Positions 9,368-19,565 of a stretch of 41,005 nt of DNA are shown here, in pieces. Under the pieces are notes generated by a model. It was given only the letters and a program-made list of their open reading frames with translations. It did no database searches and was not told where the DNA came from. The stretch comes from Gammaproteobacteria bacterium (lineage in GTDB: Bacteria > Pseudomonadota > Gammaproteobacteria > Eutrophobiales > Eutrophobiaceae): the NCBI GenBank assembly GCA_963422205.2, contig CAXMWX010000010.1, positions 1 to 41,005 on the forward strand. The letters are read 5' to 3'. Every line of letters begins with the position of its first letter. Position 1 is the first letter of the stretch. Position numbers and translations under genes: made by a program.

Positions 9368-9405
9368 GGTAGGCTTTGCGCCAGGCATACCGGGTACGGC
9401 GGCTC

Positions 9406-9428
9406 TGGTTGGTGAGCTTGTCGAACCA
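9406..9428 (-). repeat. REP-like repeat, inverted copy
   Basis: Reverse complement tggttcgacaagctcaccaacca matches 8021-8043 at 22/23. Confidence 0.85.
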
Positions 9429-9766
9429 TGTCCACTTTGGTCAAGGGCGGCGTTCAGGTCATGCTTGTCCCAGAATCTAAGCACACTGACTTGCCTGCGC
9501 GCAGCGCGCAAGCAGGGACGCTGTGCGGCGGTGGTATTGTTCATGTCCGCCCTTATCGCATAACTGCCTGCGATAAAAGCCTTTTATTCGATACCCTATA
9601 TGCTGATAGTGCACCCGCTTTCTCTCTCTGAGCAGTGCAGTATGTTTCTGAACTTGTACACAACAGCAAAGCCCTCGCGGTCTGGTTTACCATGCCAGGA
9701 AACCATTTACTTTAGCGGACAGTTTGACTACCCTGTTTGCAGTTTCCAGCCGCAGCGAGGGGCCTT

Positions 9767-10324
9767 ATGCGAATCCAGATGGTTTTACTGGCACTGTTGA
9801 CGTTCACCTGGCCGACATTGAGCCAGGCGTTTGAGCCTGTTAATGAAGTGCATGCCATGCTCTATTATCAGATCTCCTTTGGAGGGAAACATGGGGCAAA
9901 ACAGACTGGCAGTCACCGGCATGGGTTCGGCCTTCGGCTGGATAAGGCCAGCTATCAACCCGGGCAAATGATTGAACAGTACGCCTTGTTTAACAAGCCG
10001 GCTGTTGTTGATCTGCGTTTCAGTCACCAGGGGGCGGAATCTTTTACCGTTGCCGGTATGGATTACCTGAACCTGTATCGTCGGCATAACGCCAGCGAGG
10101 CGGGCGTGAGTGAGGAGGATGGCAAGATCGCCGCAGCGACAGGTGATGCAACCGCAGAGGAAGAAGAGGGGACGGAGGATGATGAGGGGAGAAAACCTAA
10201 CCCGGCGGCCAAGTTTGCCAGGGATTTTGCCGATACTCTGGGAGGCGTGCTGGATCGTGCGCCCAAAGGTGTCATTATAGGCGTAGGGATTGCTGTGGGG
10301 CTGCTTGCCGGTGTGGGTGATTGA
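9767..10324 (+). CDS. Hypothetical exported protein with acidic linker and C-terminal hydrophobic tail
   Basis: GAGGGG RBS, signal peptide ending SQA, EEEEGTEDDE tract, GVIIGVGIAVGLLAGVG tail. Confidence 0.7.
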   Translation: MRIQMVLLALLTFTWPTLSQAFEPVNEVHAMLYYQISFGGKHGAKQTGSHRHGFGLRLDKASYQPGQMIEQYALFNKPAVVDLRFSHQGAESFTVAGMDYLNLYRRHNASEAGVSEEDGKIAAATGDATAEEEEGTEDDEGRKPNPAAKFARDFADTLGGVLDRAPKGVIIGVGIAVGLLAGVGD

Positions 10325-10378
10325 CAAGGGTGATGGGCTTGCTGTGGTTCTTGTCCTTAGTCCGGCAATAAAGCGGGT

Positions 10379-11023
10379 ATGGATAAGTATTATTCCGATC
10401 AACGCCAGGATTACCGGCAGGTCATCCTGACCGAGGCTGACAGCCACCCGGACCCGGTGCAGCAGTTTGAGCGCTGGCTGGACGAGGCGATCGAGCAGGC
10501 GCTGGATTTGCCCAATGCGATGGTCCTGGCCACGGTCACGGCCCAAGGCCGGCCGGCGGCGCGTTATGTTCTGTTAAAAGAATTACGCCCGGATGGTTTT
10601 GTCTTCTATACCCACACCAGCAGCGATAAAGGCCGGCAGTTGGCGCAACAGGCTTATGCCGCCCTGGTATTTTACTGGCAGCCGTTACACCGGCAGGTAC
10701 GCATTGAAGGCGAGGTGTCGATGGTGAGCGATGAGGAGGCGGATGCGTATTTCCTAACTCGCCCCTATGGCAGCCGCTTGAGCGTGTGGGTGGCACCGCA
10801 AAGCAGTGTGGTCGCAGATCGTGCCTTCCTGGAAGACAGAATGCAGACATTACAACAGACCTATCCCGATGAACACCAGGTGCCACGTCCTGCAACCTGG
10901 ACAGGTTACCGGGTAACACCTGAGCGGATGGAGTTCTGGCAGGGACGCCAGAGCCGCCTGCATGATCGCCTGCTGTACAGAAAAACAGGCAGTGACTGGC
11001 GGATGCAGCGACTTGCCCCCTAG
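10379..11023 (+). CDS. pdxH: Pyridoxamine 5'-phosphate oxidase
   Basis: NAMVLAT, RYVLLK, RQVRIEG, EFWQGR.SRLHDR, RLAP. Confidence 0.96.
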   Translation: MDKYYSDQRQDYRQVILTEADSHPDPVQQFERWLDEAIEQALDLPNAMVLATVTAQGRPAARYVLLKELRPDGFVFYTHTSSDKGRQLAQQAYAALVFYWQPLHRQVRIEGEVSMVSDEEADAYFLTRPYGSRLSVWVAPQSSVVADRAFLEDRMQTLQQTYPDEHQVPRPATWTGYRVTPERMEFWQGRQSRLHDRLLYRKTGSDWRMQRLAP

Positions 11024-11179
11024 CTGCCCACCTCACTCATGCCCAAGCTCTTCCCAAAGCAGTATTGCCCGAACAGGCTGTTGCACTGGTAATTCGGCGG
11101 CCTGCCCCCGCCAGTAGCCCCTTGTCCCGTGGTTCAGACGGGCGATTAAAGATGGCATCGCACCGGGCAGGTGCAGGGA

Positions 11180-11335
11180 TCAGCCGGATGTGTTCCGGGT
11201 TGGCCGTACTATGGCGAGCAATTCGGCCAGCATGGCCTGATAGGTATCTACCACCTCTTTTGGCTGTGGCTCATCCGCCTTCTTTGAGATTAAACCGGCG
11301 GTTAAAATGGCGGCAATGATATGTTCTTCATTCAT
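11180..11335 (-). CDS. Small hypothetical protein (51 aa)
   Basis: AGGAG RBS 8 nt upstream of the ATG at 11335; MNEEHIIAAILTAGLIS...; fills an intergenic gap. Confidence 0.55.
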   Translation of the reverse strand: MNEEHIIAAILTAGLISKKADEPQPKEVVDTYQAMLAELLAIVRPTRNTSG

Positions 11336-11424
11336 CCTGGGTGCTCCTGTTAAACTTGGTCTTAAAAGTGCAAACATAGCAAACTTGGCCGGGAAAACGA
11401 ATACTGATGCAACATATAAACCGC

Positions 11425-12039
11425 ATGATGTTGAAATTACCCCGCATCGGTCGGCTGGCAATCCGCATATTGGGCAGGTTAATCTTCCTGCTGATCATCG
11501 CACCGGTATGTGCTGAGGATACGGCTGACAACCCCCGGGTGGAATTGCGAACCAGCAAAGGGAATATGGTGATCGAGTTGTTTGCAGATCGGGCACCGGC
11601 CACGGTTGAGAATTTTCTCACTTACGTAAACGCCGGGTTTTATGAGGGCACGATCATTCACCGTGCGGTGTATGACTGGATCATCCAGGGAGGCGGATAT
11701 GACCGGTTTTATCAGGCGAGGCAGGCGGATGCCCCGGTGAAAAGCGAAGCCGATAACGGCCTGAAAAATACCCGAGGCACGATTGCCATGGCCCGCCACA
11801 GTGCGCCGGATTCGGCCGATTCACAATTCTTCATCAATCTGGATAATAATGAATCGCTGGATTATGTTGATGATACAGACCGGGGCAGGGGGTATTGCGT
11901 CTTCGGCCAGGTGCTTAAAGGGCTGGAAGTGGCCGATGAGATCAGCCAGATGGAGAAGCAGGACATAGCCCATATCGGCGTCAATGTGCCGGTCGGGCCG
12001 GTGGTTATCGAAGAGGTGGTTGTACTGTCGGATGAGTAA
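11425..12039 (+). CDS. ppiA: Cyclophilin-type peptidyl-prolyl isomerase, probably periplasmic
   Basis: APATVENFL.YV, IQGGG, NTRGTIAMAR, SQFFIN, GYCVFG; N-terminal signal-like segment; start uncertain. Confidence 0.88.
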   Translation: MMLKLPRIGRLAIRILGRLIFLLIIAPVCAEDTADNPRVELRTSKGNMVIELFADRAPATVENFLTYVNAGFYEGTIIHRAVYDWIIQGGGYDRFYQARQADAPVKSEADNGLKNTRGTIAMARHSAPDSADSQFFINLDNNESLDYVDDTDRGRGYCVFGQVLKGLEVADEISQMEKQDIAHIGVNVPVGPVVIEEVVVLSDE

Positions 12040-12898
12040 TGCGATGGGGGTGAAATCCGAGTTGCTGGGATGGATTGATCAGGTAGCCGCCGTTATCACA
12101 TTGCCCGTCATTACCGATCTGTACCTGCCTGAACCACAACCCCATGCAGGCAGTCCGACGGAATTTGGAGTCGTTGTGCTGGCCGATGGCATGGCAGGTT
12201 TGTACTATGCCTGGCTGGGCGATGTGCAAAAAGGCATGAATGCACGTTATCATACAGCAGATTACCGGGGTCAATCTCCGCTTGCGCTCGCCGGCTTGTT
12301 CGCCAGCACAGATATGGCCGATTGCTCGCTTGGCCTGGCGGCGATCAACGCCATCAGCCAAAGCGTATTTAAATCTTTACGTGTGCCTTTGATCGCTGCG
12401 ACCGACTCGTTTGCCCATCTTGATTTACAAGCTGGCGATCATGTGGGTATGGTTGGCTATTTCCCGTCATTGGTGGAGCGTTTGCAGCAGGCGCAGATCA
12501 GGCTGACCATCATAGAAAAAAAAGCACGGTTTCTGAAATTTCAGGGGGCTTTTGAGATCAGTGACGATCCCGGCCGGCTGGCCGGTTGCAATAAAATATG
12601 CACAACCGCCGCCACCCTGTTAAATGACTCCATGGATGAGATACTCGCCCATGCCAGCGGGGCAGAGGAGATCATCGTTATCGGGCCGACAGCCGGGTTT
12701 CTCCCCGATCCCTTGTTTGCTCGAAGGGTCAGTGCATTGGGCGGGATGCAGATAAACAACGCCGGGCGTGCCATCGCCAACCTGAAGGCCGGTCGGGGCC
12801 TTGCCGATGCGGCCTCCAAGTATGTGTTATCACAGCGCCACTATGCCGGATTACCGAAACTGCTGGAACAGGTTCACCCCGATCAGCTGACGGGGTAA
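12032..12898 (+). CDS. DUF364 / Rossmann-like domain protein
   Basis: LGLAAINA, VGMVGYF, TLLN.SMDEIL, IGPTAG..PD.LF. Confidence 0.75.
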   Translation: MSNAMGVKSELLGWIDQVAAVITLPVITDLYLPEPQPHAGSPTEFGVVVLADGMAGLYYAWLGDVQKGMNARYHTADYRGQSPLALAGLFASTDMADCSLGLAAINAISQSVFKSLRVPLIAATDSFAHLDLQAGDHVGMVGYFPSLVERLQQAQIRLTIIEKKARFLKFQGAFEISDDPGRLAGCNKICTTAATLLNDSMDEILAHASGAEEIIVIGPTAGFLPDPLFARRVSALGGMQINNAGRAIANLKAGRGLADAASKYVLSQRHYAGLPKLLEQVHPDQLTG

Positions 12899-13010
12899 GG
12901 CGTTTGGCGGCAGCAGACCGGCTTATGCTGCTTGCTGCCAAGCATGATCGCAACGACCACAGCAGATGCAGGCCATCGGCTCGCCTGTGCTTCAAGCCGA
13001 TGGCAGCACT

Positions 13011-13217
13011 TTAGCCAGCCAGCGTGACCTGTACGGCCTGCAAACCCTTGGGGCCTTTTTCAGCGGTGAATTTTACTTTCTGACCATCAGTAAGTGACTT
13101 GTAGCCATCGCTTTCAATGGCCGAGTAATGTACAAATACATCATCGCCGCCATCATCCGGTAGAATAAATCCAAACCCCTTGGAGTTATTAAACCATTTA
13201 ACTGTGCCCTCTTTCAT
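13011..13217 (-). CDS. Cold-shock protein (CspA family)
   Basis: [30 protein letters not shown]. Confidence 0.96.
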   Translation of the reverse strand: MKEGTVKWFNNSKGFGFILPDDGGDDVFVHYSAIESDGYKSLTDGQKVKFTAEKGPKGLQAVQVTLAG

Positions 13218-13493
13218 GTGTATCACCTCGGTAGAATTTCAACAAAGTCTATTACATTTCAAACGGGTAATTCACAGAAGACAGCATAAGCACGACTGAC
13301 AAATAACCACGAATACGATGCAATGGTGAATGAGTATAGCCTGATGACGACACAAATAGCTATAAAAAATTAGCCCCTGACCCTCTTCCGGGCGATTATT
13401 TTTGCTTGTTATCTGCCGAGCTGCCGGGCGGCGGGTCGCATTCACCGGGTTCCCGGGCAAAAATAACAGGCTGGCTGTTTCCATCATGTCTTG

Positions 13494-14189
13494 TCAGTCC
13501 TTGATTTTTTTCTTTATTGCCGCCAGCTCGGCGTCCACTTTATGTATGTGATTTAACACATCCTCCAGGGCCTTCTCCACCGGATCAGGCATGTCTTTGC
13601 TGGCACCATAGGCGTCAAAACCGATCTTCTGCGCTATGGCCTGACGTTTTGCTGCCTGCTCATCCGCCTCGCTGTCCTGCATCGCCACGATATGCCCGGG
13701 TATGCCCACCACAGTGGCGCCCGCCGGCACATCTTTAATAACCACCGCATTTGAGCCCACACGGGAATTTTCCCTCAGGACGATCGGGCCAAGTATTTTT
13801 GCGCCAGCACCGATGATCACACCGTTCTCAAGGGTCGGATGCCGCTTGCCTTTTTGCCAGGTTGTACCGCCCAGGGTCACGCCATGATAAACCGAGCAGT
13901 CATCACCAATCCTGGCGGTTTCTCCTATCACAATCCCCATGCCATGATCGATAAAAAAGCGCCGACCGGTGACCGCCCCGGGATGAATTTCCACACCGGT
14001 CAGAAAACGGGAAAAATGACCACATAAACGCGCCAGCAGCGGCAGCCGGTGTGTCCATAGCCAGTGATTGACTCTGTGCAGCATGATGGCATGCAGGCCA
14101 GGATAGGCGAGCAGGATCTCCAGCCAGCTTCTGGCCGCCGGATCCCGGTCAAACACCACCTGTATATCTTCTCTTAATCTTGCAAACAT
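13494..14189 (-). CDS. cysE: Serine O-acetyltransferase
   Basis: [41 protein letters not shown]. Confidence 0.96.
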   Translation of the reverse strand: MFARLREDIQVVFDRDPAARSWLEILLAYPGLHAIMLHRVNHWLWTHRLPLLARLCGHFSRFLTGVEIHPGAVTGRRFFIDHGMGIVIGETARIGDDCSVYHGVTLGGTTWQKGKRHPTLENGVIIGAGAKILGPIVLRENSRVGSNAVVIKDVPAGATVVGIPGHIVAMQDSEADEQAAKRQAIAQKIGFDAYGASKDMPDPVEKALEDVLNHIHKVDAELAAIKKKIKD

Positions 14190-14205
14190 GCGCTCGCCTG
14201 CCTAG

Positions 14206-16989
14206 CTAGAGGCCCGTGTTGTACATGAGTTTTTTCATGCCTTCGATCTGTGCTTCAAGGTGGCGTATCGATTTCTCTGTCTCATCCAGCTTTGTGCGTT
14301 CCCTGGCAATGACCGCCGCCGGTGCTTTGCTGATAAAATTGCTGTTATCGAGTTTGCTCAGTATACGCCGTTTTGCCAACGCCAACGGCTGCATCTGCCG
14401 CTTCAGCCGGGTTAATTCTGCTGGCGGGTCAATCAATTCGGCCAGCGGAATTAACACCGTCATGTCCCCGGCATGTGCTGCCACCGCCGCCTCCGGAATC
14501 TGCATGGTGCGGCTGATGGTCGATACCCTGGCCAGGGCCTTGATACAGGCAATATTATTCTCCAGCCAGCCACGTTCTTCTCTGCTGCCGCCCTGGTAGT
14601 GCACCGCCAGCCGTTTGCCCGGGGCAATATCACGTTCAGCACGAATACGGCGCACACCAGAGATGAACGACTTCAGCCAGGTTATCTCGGCCACGGCGGC
14701 CTTATCCTGTGGGATCTCATCGGCGGCGGGGTAGGGTTGTAACATGATGGTATCGGCCGTGATGCCTGCTAACGGGATCAGCTTTTGCCAGAGCTCCTCG
14801 GTAATGAACGGGATAAAAGGGTGCAAGGCCCGTAACAATATCTCCAGGCTGTGCAGCAGGGTCAGCAGGATCGCCTGCTCTCTTGCCGGGCTGGTATCCG
14901 GTGCGCTTAATGTGATTTTTGCCAACTCCAGATACCAGTCACAATACTCATCCCAAGTGAACTCATACAGCGCCTGTGAAGCCAGATCAAAACGGTAACT
15001 GGCAAGCGCCGAGGTGGTCGCTGTCAATGCCTGTGCCAGATGAGTCATTATCCAGCGCTCTGCCGGGCCGGGTTCGCCTTCAGGTAAATCGCCATCCGAT
15101 GCCAATGGCGTGGATTCTATTTGTAGCAAAATAAAACGCGTGGCATTCCAGAGCTTGTTGCAGAAGTTGCGATAGCCCTGAATACGGCCAACGTCAAAGC
15201 GAATATCGCGCCCCTGGGTGGCTAACTGGGCGAAGGTAAATCGCAGTGCATCGGTGCCAAAGGCTGCAATGCCCCGAGGAAACGCCTTGCGTGTTGCCTT
15301 TTCAATCGTCGGTGCAAATTGCGGCTGCATTAAACCGGCGGTTTGTTTAGCCACCAGGGAGTCAAGCTCGATGCCATCGATCAGATCGATCGGGTCAAGG
15401 ATATTGCCTTTGGATTTGGACATCTTCTGCCCGGCGGCATCTCGCACCAGACCGGTGATATAGACCTCACGAAACGGCACGTTGCCGGTGAATTTCAGGC
15501 CGAACATGATCATGCGGGCAACCCAGAAGAAGATAATATCAAAGCCAGTCACCAGCACGCTGGTGGGGTAGAACAGGTCAAGCTCACGGGTCTCTTCCGG
15601 CCAGCCAAGGGTGGCAAACGGCCAGAGCGCCGATGAGAACCAGGTATCCAGCACATCCGAGTCCTGCCGCAGCTTAACCTCATCTGCCAGCTGATGTTCA
15701 GCCCGCAGGGTCTGCTCATCCTTGCCGACATAGATGTTGCCGGCATCATCGTACCAGGCCGGGATACGGTGTCCCCACCAGAGCTGCCTGGAGATGCACC
15801 AATCCTGTATGTTGTGCATCCAGTCAAAATAGGTCTTGCGCCAGTTCTCCGGTACGAAACGAATATCACCGTGCTTGACCGCGGCAATCGCCGGTTCAGC
15901 CAGCGGCTGTATCTTCACATACCACTGATCGGTCAGATAAGGCTCTATCACCGCCTGCGAGCGATCGCCTCGTGGCACCATCAATTTGTGTGCTGCTGTT
16001 CTCTCCAGCAGGCCAGCCAGCTTCAGATCGGCGATGATCTGCTCCCTGGCCGCATAGCGGTCCAGCCCCCGGTAGGGCGGGGGTGCCTGTGCATTGATGG
16101 TGGCATCGGCGGTGAAGATGTTGATCAGGGGCAGGTCATGCCGCAGGCCGATGGCATAGTCATTGAAATCATGTGCGGGCGTGATCTTCACGCAGCCAGT
16201 GCCGAATGCGGGATCAACATACTCATCAGCAATTACCGGGATGGCCTTATCCACCAGCGGCAACTGCACAGTGTCACCGATCAGATCACGATAGCGTGTA
16301 TCCGCCGGATGCACCGCCACGGCAGCATCACCCAGCAGTGTCTCCGGTCGGGTTGTGGCGATCACCACATGGCCCCGTCCATCCATTCTCGGGTAGCGTA
16401 TGTGCCACAAGTGGCCGTCTTCTTCCTCGGTCACGACTTCCAGATCAGAGATAGCGGTATGCAGCACCGGGTCCCAGTTCACCAGGCGTTTGCCCCGGTA
16501 TATGAGGCCCTCCTGGTAGAGCCGGATGAAGACCTGCTGCACAGCAGCGTACAGGCCGGCATCCATGGTGAAGCGCTCCCGCTGCCAGTCCATTGATGTT
16601 CCCAGTCGGCGGGACTGTCGGGAAATGGTGCTGCCCGATTCATTTTTCCAGTCCCACACCGCGGCGATGAATTTCTCTCTGCCTTCACTTTCCCGACTTT
16701 TGCCGGTGGCTTCGAGCTGTCTTTCCACCACCATCTGGGTGGCGATACCGGCATGATCGGTGCCGCCTTGCCACAAGGTGTTGCTGCCGTTCATGCGGTG
16801 AAAACGGATCAGGATGTCCATCAGCGTTTGTTGAAAGGCATGCCCCATGTGCAGGCTGCCAGTGACATTGGGCGGCGGCAGGGCAATGCAGTAGCTGGCA
16901 TCACCGCCTTGCGGTGCAAAATAGCCCTTGCTCTCCCAATGGCTGTACCAGGCAGATTCAATCGCCCCTGGTTTGTAGGTTTTTTCCAT
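14206..16989 (-). CDS. valS: Valine--tRNA ligase
   Basis: [31 protein letters not shown]-terminal coiled coil. Confidence 0.98.
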   Translation of the reverse strand: MEKTYKPGAIESAWYSHWESKGYFAPQGGDASYCIALPPPNVTGSLHMGHAFQQTLMDILIRFHRMNGSNTLWQGGTDHAGIATQMVVERQLEATGKSRESEGREKFIAAVWDWKNESGSTISRQSRRLGTSMDWQRERFTMDAGLYAAVQQVFIRLYQEGLIYRGKRLVNWDPVLHTAISDLEVVTEEEDGHLWHIRYPRMDGRGHVVIATTRPETLLGDAAVAVHPADTRYRDLIGDTVQLPLVDKAIPVIADEYVDPAFGTGCVKITPAHDFNDYAIGLRHDLPLINIFTADATINAQAPPPYRGLDRYAAREQIIADLKLAGLLERTAAHKLMVPRGDRSQAVIEPYLTDQWYVKIQPLAEPAIAAVKHGDIRFVPENWRKTYFDWMHNIQDWCISRQLWWGHRIPAWYDDAGNIYVGKDEQTLRAEHQLADEVKLRQDSDVLDTWFSSALWPFATLGWPEETRELDLFYPTSVLVTGFDIIFFWVARMIMFGLKFTGNVPFREVYITGLVRDAAGQKMSKSKGNILDPIDLIDGIELDSLVAKQTAGLMQPQFAPTIEKATRKAFPRGIAAFGTDALRFTFAQLATQGRDIRFDVGRIQGYRNFCNKLWNATRFILLQIESTPLASDGDLPEGEPGPAERWIMTHLAQALTATTSALASYRFDLASQALYEFTWDEYCDWYLELAKITLSAPDTSPAREQAILLTLLHSLEILLRALHPFIPFITEELWQKLIPLAGITADTIMLQPYPAADEIPQDKAAVAEITWLKSFISGVRRIRAERDIAPGKRLAVHYQGGSREERGWLENNIACIKALARVSTISRTMQIPEAAVAAHAGDMTVLIPLAELIDPPAELTRLKRQMQPLALAKRRILSKLDNSNFISKAPAAVIARERTKLDETEKSIRHLEAQIEGMKKLMYNTGL

Positions 16990-17137
16990 ATTTCAGTTGT
17001 CAGCTTACGGCGTTAAGGCGGTGAAGTGGCTGTGCCTGTGTTAAACCCAGGCACGATAAGCCCAGCACGATAAGCCAGGCACAACACGGGCGGCCGCCAG
17101 CCGGGCGAATGCTAGGATACACCGATCATCGCTGGCG

Positions 17138-17494
17138 TTACTTTGCTTTTTGGCGATTGTCCAACTCGGATTTCACTTCTTTGGCTATCCGCTGTTTCAG
17201 GTTCTCTTTAAGCACTTGCACGAGTCGATCCAGCTCCCGGCCCAGTTTTTGCTCCAGCTTGTCTGCCACGTCCTGGCATTCATTGCGGTCGCCGACGGTC
17301 TCTTCCAGCACCGGGAGGCTCTCTTCAAAGTCCGCCGGGGTGATAAGTTCATCAAGAATGGGGATCTGCCTGTGTCTGGCTTCCCTGGCCTCTTTGGCGA
17401 TAGCCGCCGGGTTATCAGCCGGGCTTAACAACGAATCCAGCTCTTCCAGCTTCTCCCCAAGCGCCATCGTTGATTTTGCTTCCGGCTCAACCAT
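17138..17494 (-). CDS. Hypothetical acidic coiled-coil protein between holC and valS
   Basis: IPILDE / LPVLEE motifs and helical C-terminus; ATG overlaps the holC end. Confidence 0.7.
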   Translation of the reverse strand: MVEPEAKSTMALGEKLEELDSLLSPADNPAAIAKEAREARHRQIPILDELITPADFEESLPVLEETVGDRNECQDVADKLEQKLGRELDRLVQVLKENLKQRIAKEVKSELDNRQKAK

Positions 17495-17921
17495 GGCCCG
17501 GCGAGATCTCATGTGTGTTCAGATCATAGCCCTTGTCCCGATAACACCGGTACAACTGGCGTGCGCGTGCCTTGCTGGTGGGTTCAGCGCTGACGATTTC
17601 CATTATCCGGCGGTAGCCGGTGCTATCCTCTGGCTCGGTTTGCGTGAGATTGATTAACACCTCGGTGCGGTTGTGCGCCGCCTCGGGCCAGCCGATGGTG
17701 ATCGTATGCTGGGCGGCGGCCGTATCATCTGCCAGCACATGGGGCAGAAAGCTGATGTCTCTAAAAGTCCAGAGACTGTTATCCAACTGACTGGCCTCAT
17801 CCCGATCCCGGGCCTGAATATGCACACAACACCCCTCTGCCCTGACCTTGCTGGTCAGGTTGCAGACGAGGCGAGGTGGAATGCCTTGCTCGGGCAGGAT
17901 GTAAAAATCTACTTGTGGCAT
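17487..17921 (-). CDS. holC: DNA polymerase III subunit chi
   Basis: VDFYIL, LD..LWTF...SFLPH, AR..YR.YR..GY; pepA-holC-valS synteny. Confidence 0.93.
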   Translation of the reverse strand: MPQVDFYILPEQGIPPRLVCNLTSKVRAEGCCVHIQARDRDEASQLDNSLWTFRDISFLPHVLADDTAAAQHTITIGWPEAAHNRTEVLINLTQTEPEDSTGYRRIMEIVSAEPTSKARARQLYRCYRDKGYDLNTHEISPGHG

Positions 17922-17937
17922 GGGCTACCCGGCATGA

Positions 17938-19431
17938 TTACTTTGCCTGGCTGTTAAGTATATATTGCACCAGCAAGGCCACCGGCCGGCCGGTGGCGCC
18001 TTTGTTTTTGCCACTGATCCAGGCGGTGCCGGCGATGTCCAGATGCGCCCAGCGATAGTTACGGGCAAATTTTGCCAGGAAGCAGGCGGCGGTGATCGTG
18101 CCTGCATCCCGGCCACCGATATTCGCCATGTCCGCAAACGGGCTGTCCAGTTGCTTCTCATACGCATCCCACAGCGGTAGCTGCCAGGCACGATCGCCGC
18201 TGCTCTCCCCTGCCTGTAACAACTCTCCTGCCAGCGGGCTGTGATTGCTCATCAGGCCGGTGGCATGGTGGCCGAGGGCAATGACACAGGCGCCGGTCAA
18301 GGTGGCAATGTCGATGACGATGCGCGGATTGAAACGTGCTGCGTAGGTGAGTGCATCGCACAAGACCAGCCGGCCCTCCGCATCGGTGTTTAATACTTCG
18401 ATGGTCTGGCCGGACATGCTGGTGAAGATATCGCCCGGCTTGGTGGCGCGGCTGCCAGGCATGTTCTCGCTGGCGGGGATGAGGCCGACCAGATTAACGG
18501 CCAGGCCCATCTCGGCAATGGCACAGACAGCACCAAACACCGCCGCCGCGCCACACATGTCGAATTTCATCTCATCCATCGCCGCCGGCGGTTTGAGTGA
18601 GATGCCACCGGTATCGAAGGTGATCCCCTTGCCTATCAGCACGATGGGCTTGTCAGCTTTGCCGGCGCCCTGGTATTCAACGCTGATCAGTTTTGCCGGT
18701 TGTGCGCTGCCCTGTGAGACAGACAGTAACGAGTTCATGCCCAGCCGCTTCATGCCCGCCTCGCTCACCACCTTTACTTTCAGGGATTTATACGCTCGGG
18801 CCAGGGCTTGGGCCTGTTGGGCCAGGTGGCTGGGTGTGCAGACATTGCCCGGCCGGTTAGCCAGATCGCGGGTCAATTTAATGCCTTTGGCGGTGGCTTT
18901 CCCCTGTGCCAAGGCCGCCTCTGCCGGGCGTAACTCGCCTCGTGAGTTGACCGTTAAGGTCAGCTGGCGTAAAGATTTTCTGTGGCTGCGTTTTTTGCTC
19001 TTAAATTCCCGGAATTCATACAGGCTGTGCTGCATTGTTAAAACGGCCTGATATATCTTCCATCGCATGTCGCGGGCCTTGACGTTCAGCTGGGATAAAT
19101 AGCTGACGGCCTCTGAGGCGCCGGTTTCACTGGCCTGTTTGAAGCTGTGCTGCATGATCCGGCGATACTGATCATCGTCCAGGTCGCGCTCACGACCACA
19201 GCCTATCAGCAGCACCCTGTCTGCCGGCACGCCGTCAACGTTATGCAGTATCAGGGATTGGCCCGGTTTGCCATCAATGTCACCCCGTCTTATCAGATGG
19301 GATAGTTGTTTTGCGCTGACATTATCAATGGCCTCGGCGGCACTGGTGAGTTTGCGTGGCTCCAGGATGCCGACAATAAGGCACGCTGTGCGTTGCTTTT
19401 CGGGGGTACCGCTTTTGATGTTGTATTCCAT
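17938..19431 (-). CDS. pepA: Leucyl aminopeptidase
   Basis: GKGITFDTGGISLKP, MKFDMCG, NTDAEGRL, HLDIAGTAW. Confidence 0.97.
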   Translation of the reverse strand: MEYNIKSGTPEKQRTACLIVGILEPRKLTSAAEAIDNVSAKQLSHLIRRGDIDGKPGQSLILHNVDGVPADRVLLIGCGRERDLDDDQYRRIMQHSFKQASETGASEAVSYLSQLNVKARDMRWKIYQAVLTMQHSLYEFREFKSKKRSHRKSLRQLTLTVNSRGELRPAEAALAQGKATAKGIKLTRDLANRPGNVCTPSHLAQQAQALARAYKSLKVKVVSEAGMKRLGMNSLLSVSQGSAQPAKLISVEYQGAGKADKPIVLIGKGITFDTGGISLKPPAAMDEMKFDMCGAAAVFGAVCAIAEMGLAVNLVGLIPASENMPGSRATKPGDIFTSMSGQTIEVLNTDAEGRLVLCDALTYAARFNPRIVIDIATLTGACVIALGHHATGLMSNHSPLAGELLQAGESSGDRAWQLPLWDAYEKQLDSPFADMANIGGRDAGTITAACFLAKFARNYRWAHLDIAGTAWISGKNKGATGRPVALLVQYILNSQAK

Positions 19432-19565
19432 AATATTCTGTACTATGCCCTTGGTTGGTTTTGTTATGTTTCTGCCGGTTGCCCGGGCTGGACGGCAAGT
19501 GTATGCGTTTATGGCAAATGAAGCAAAACCCTCACGTTTTTCGGGTCGGATTTTTTGAATAAAAC

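Noticed and set aside
7856-9428. Repeats as a CRISPR array or integron attC cassettes
   Set aside because: Irregular spacing, mixed orientation, no cas or intI gene, no clear RYYYAAC/GTTRRRY-bounded site
13390-13470. ttatttttgc / gcaaaaataa inverted repeat between cysE and csp
   Set aside because: Only 10 bp, AT-rich, with a long loop; not enough to call a terminator or ncRNA
15694-16596. Long antisense ORFs (this 300-aa one, also 9785-10546, 18347-19051, 36139-36882)
   Set aside because: Shadow frames of well-supported genes with no motifs
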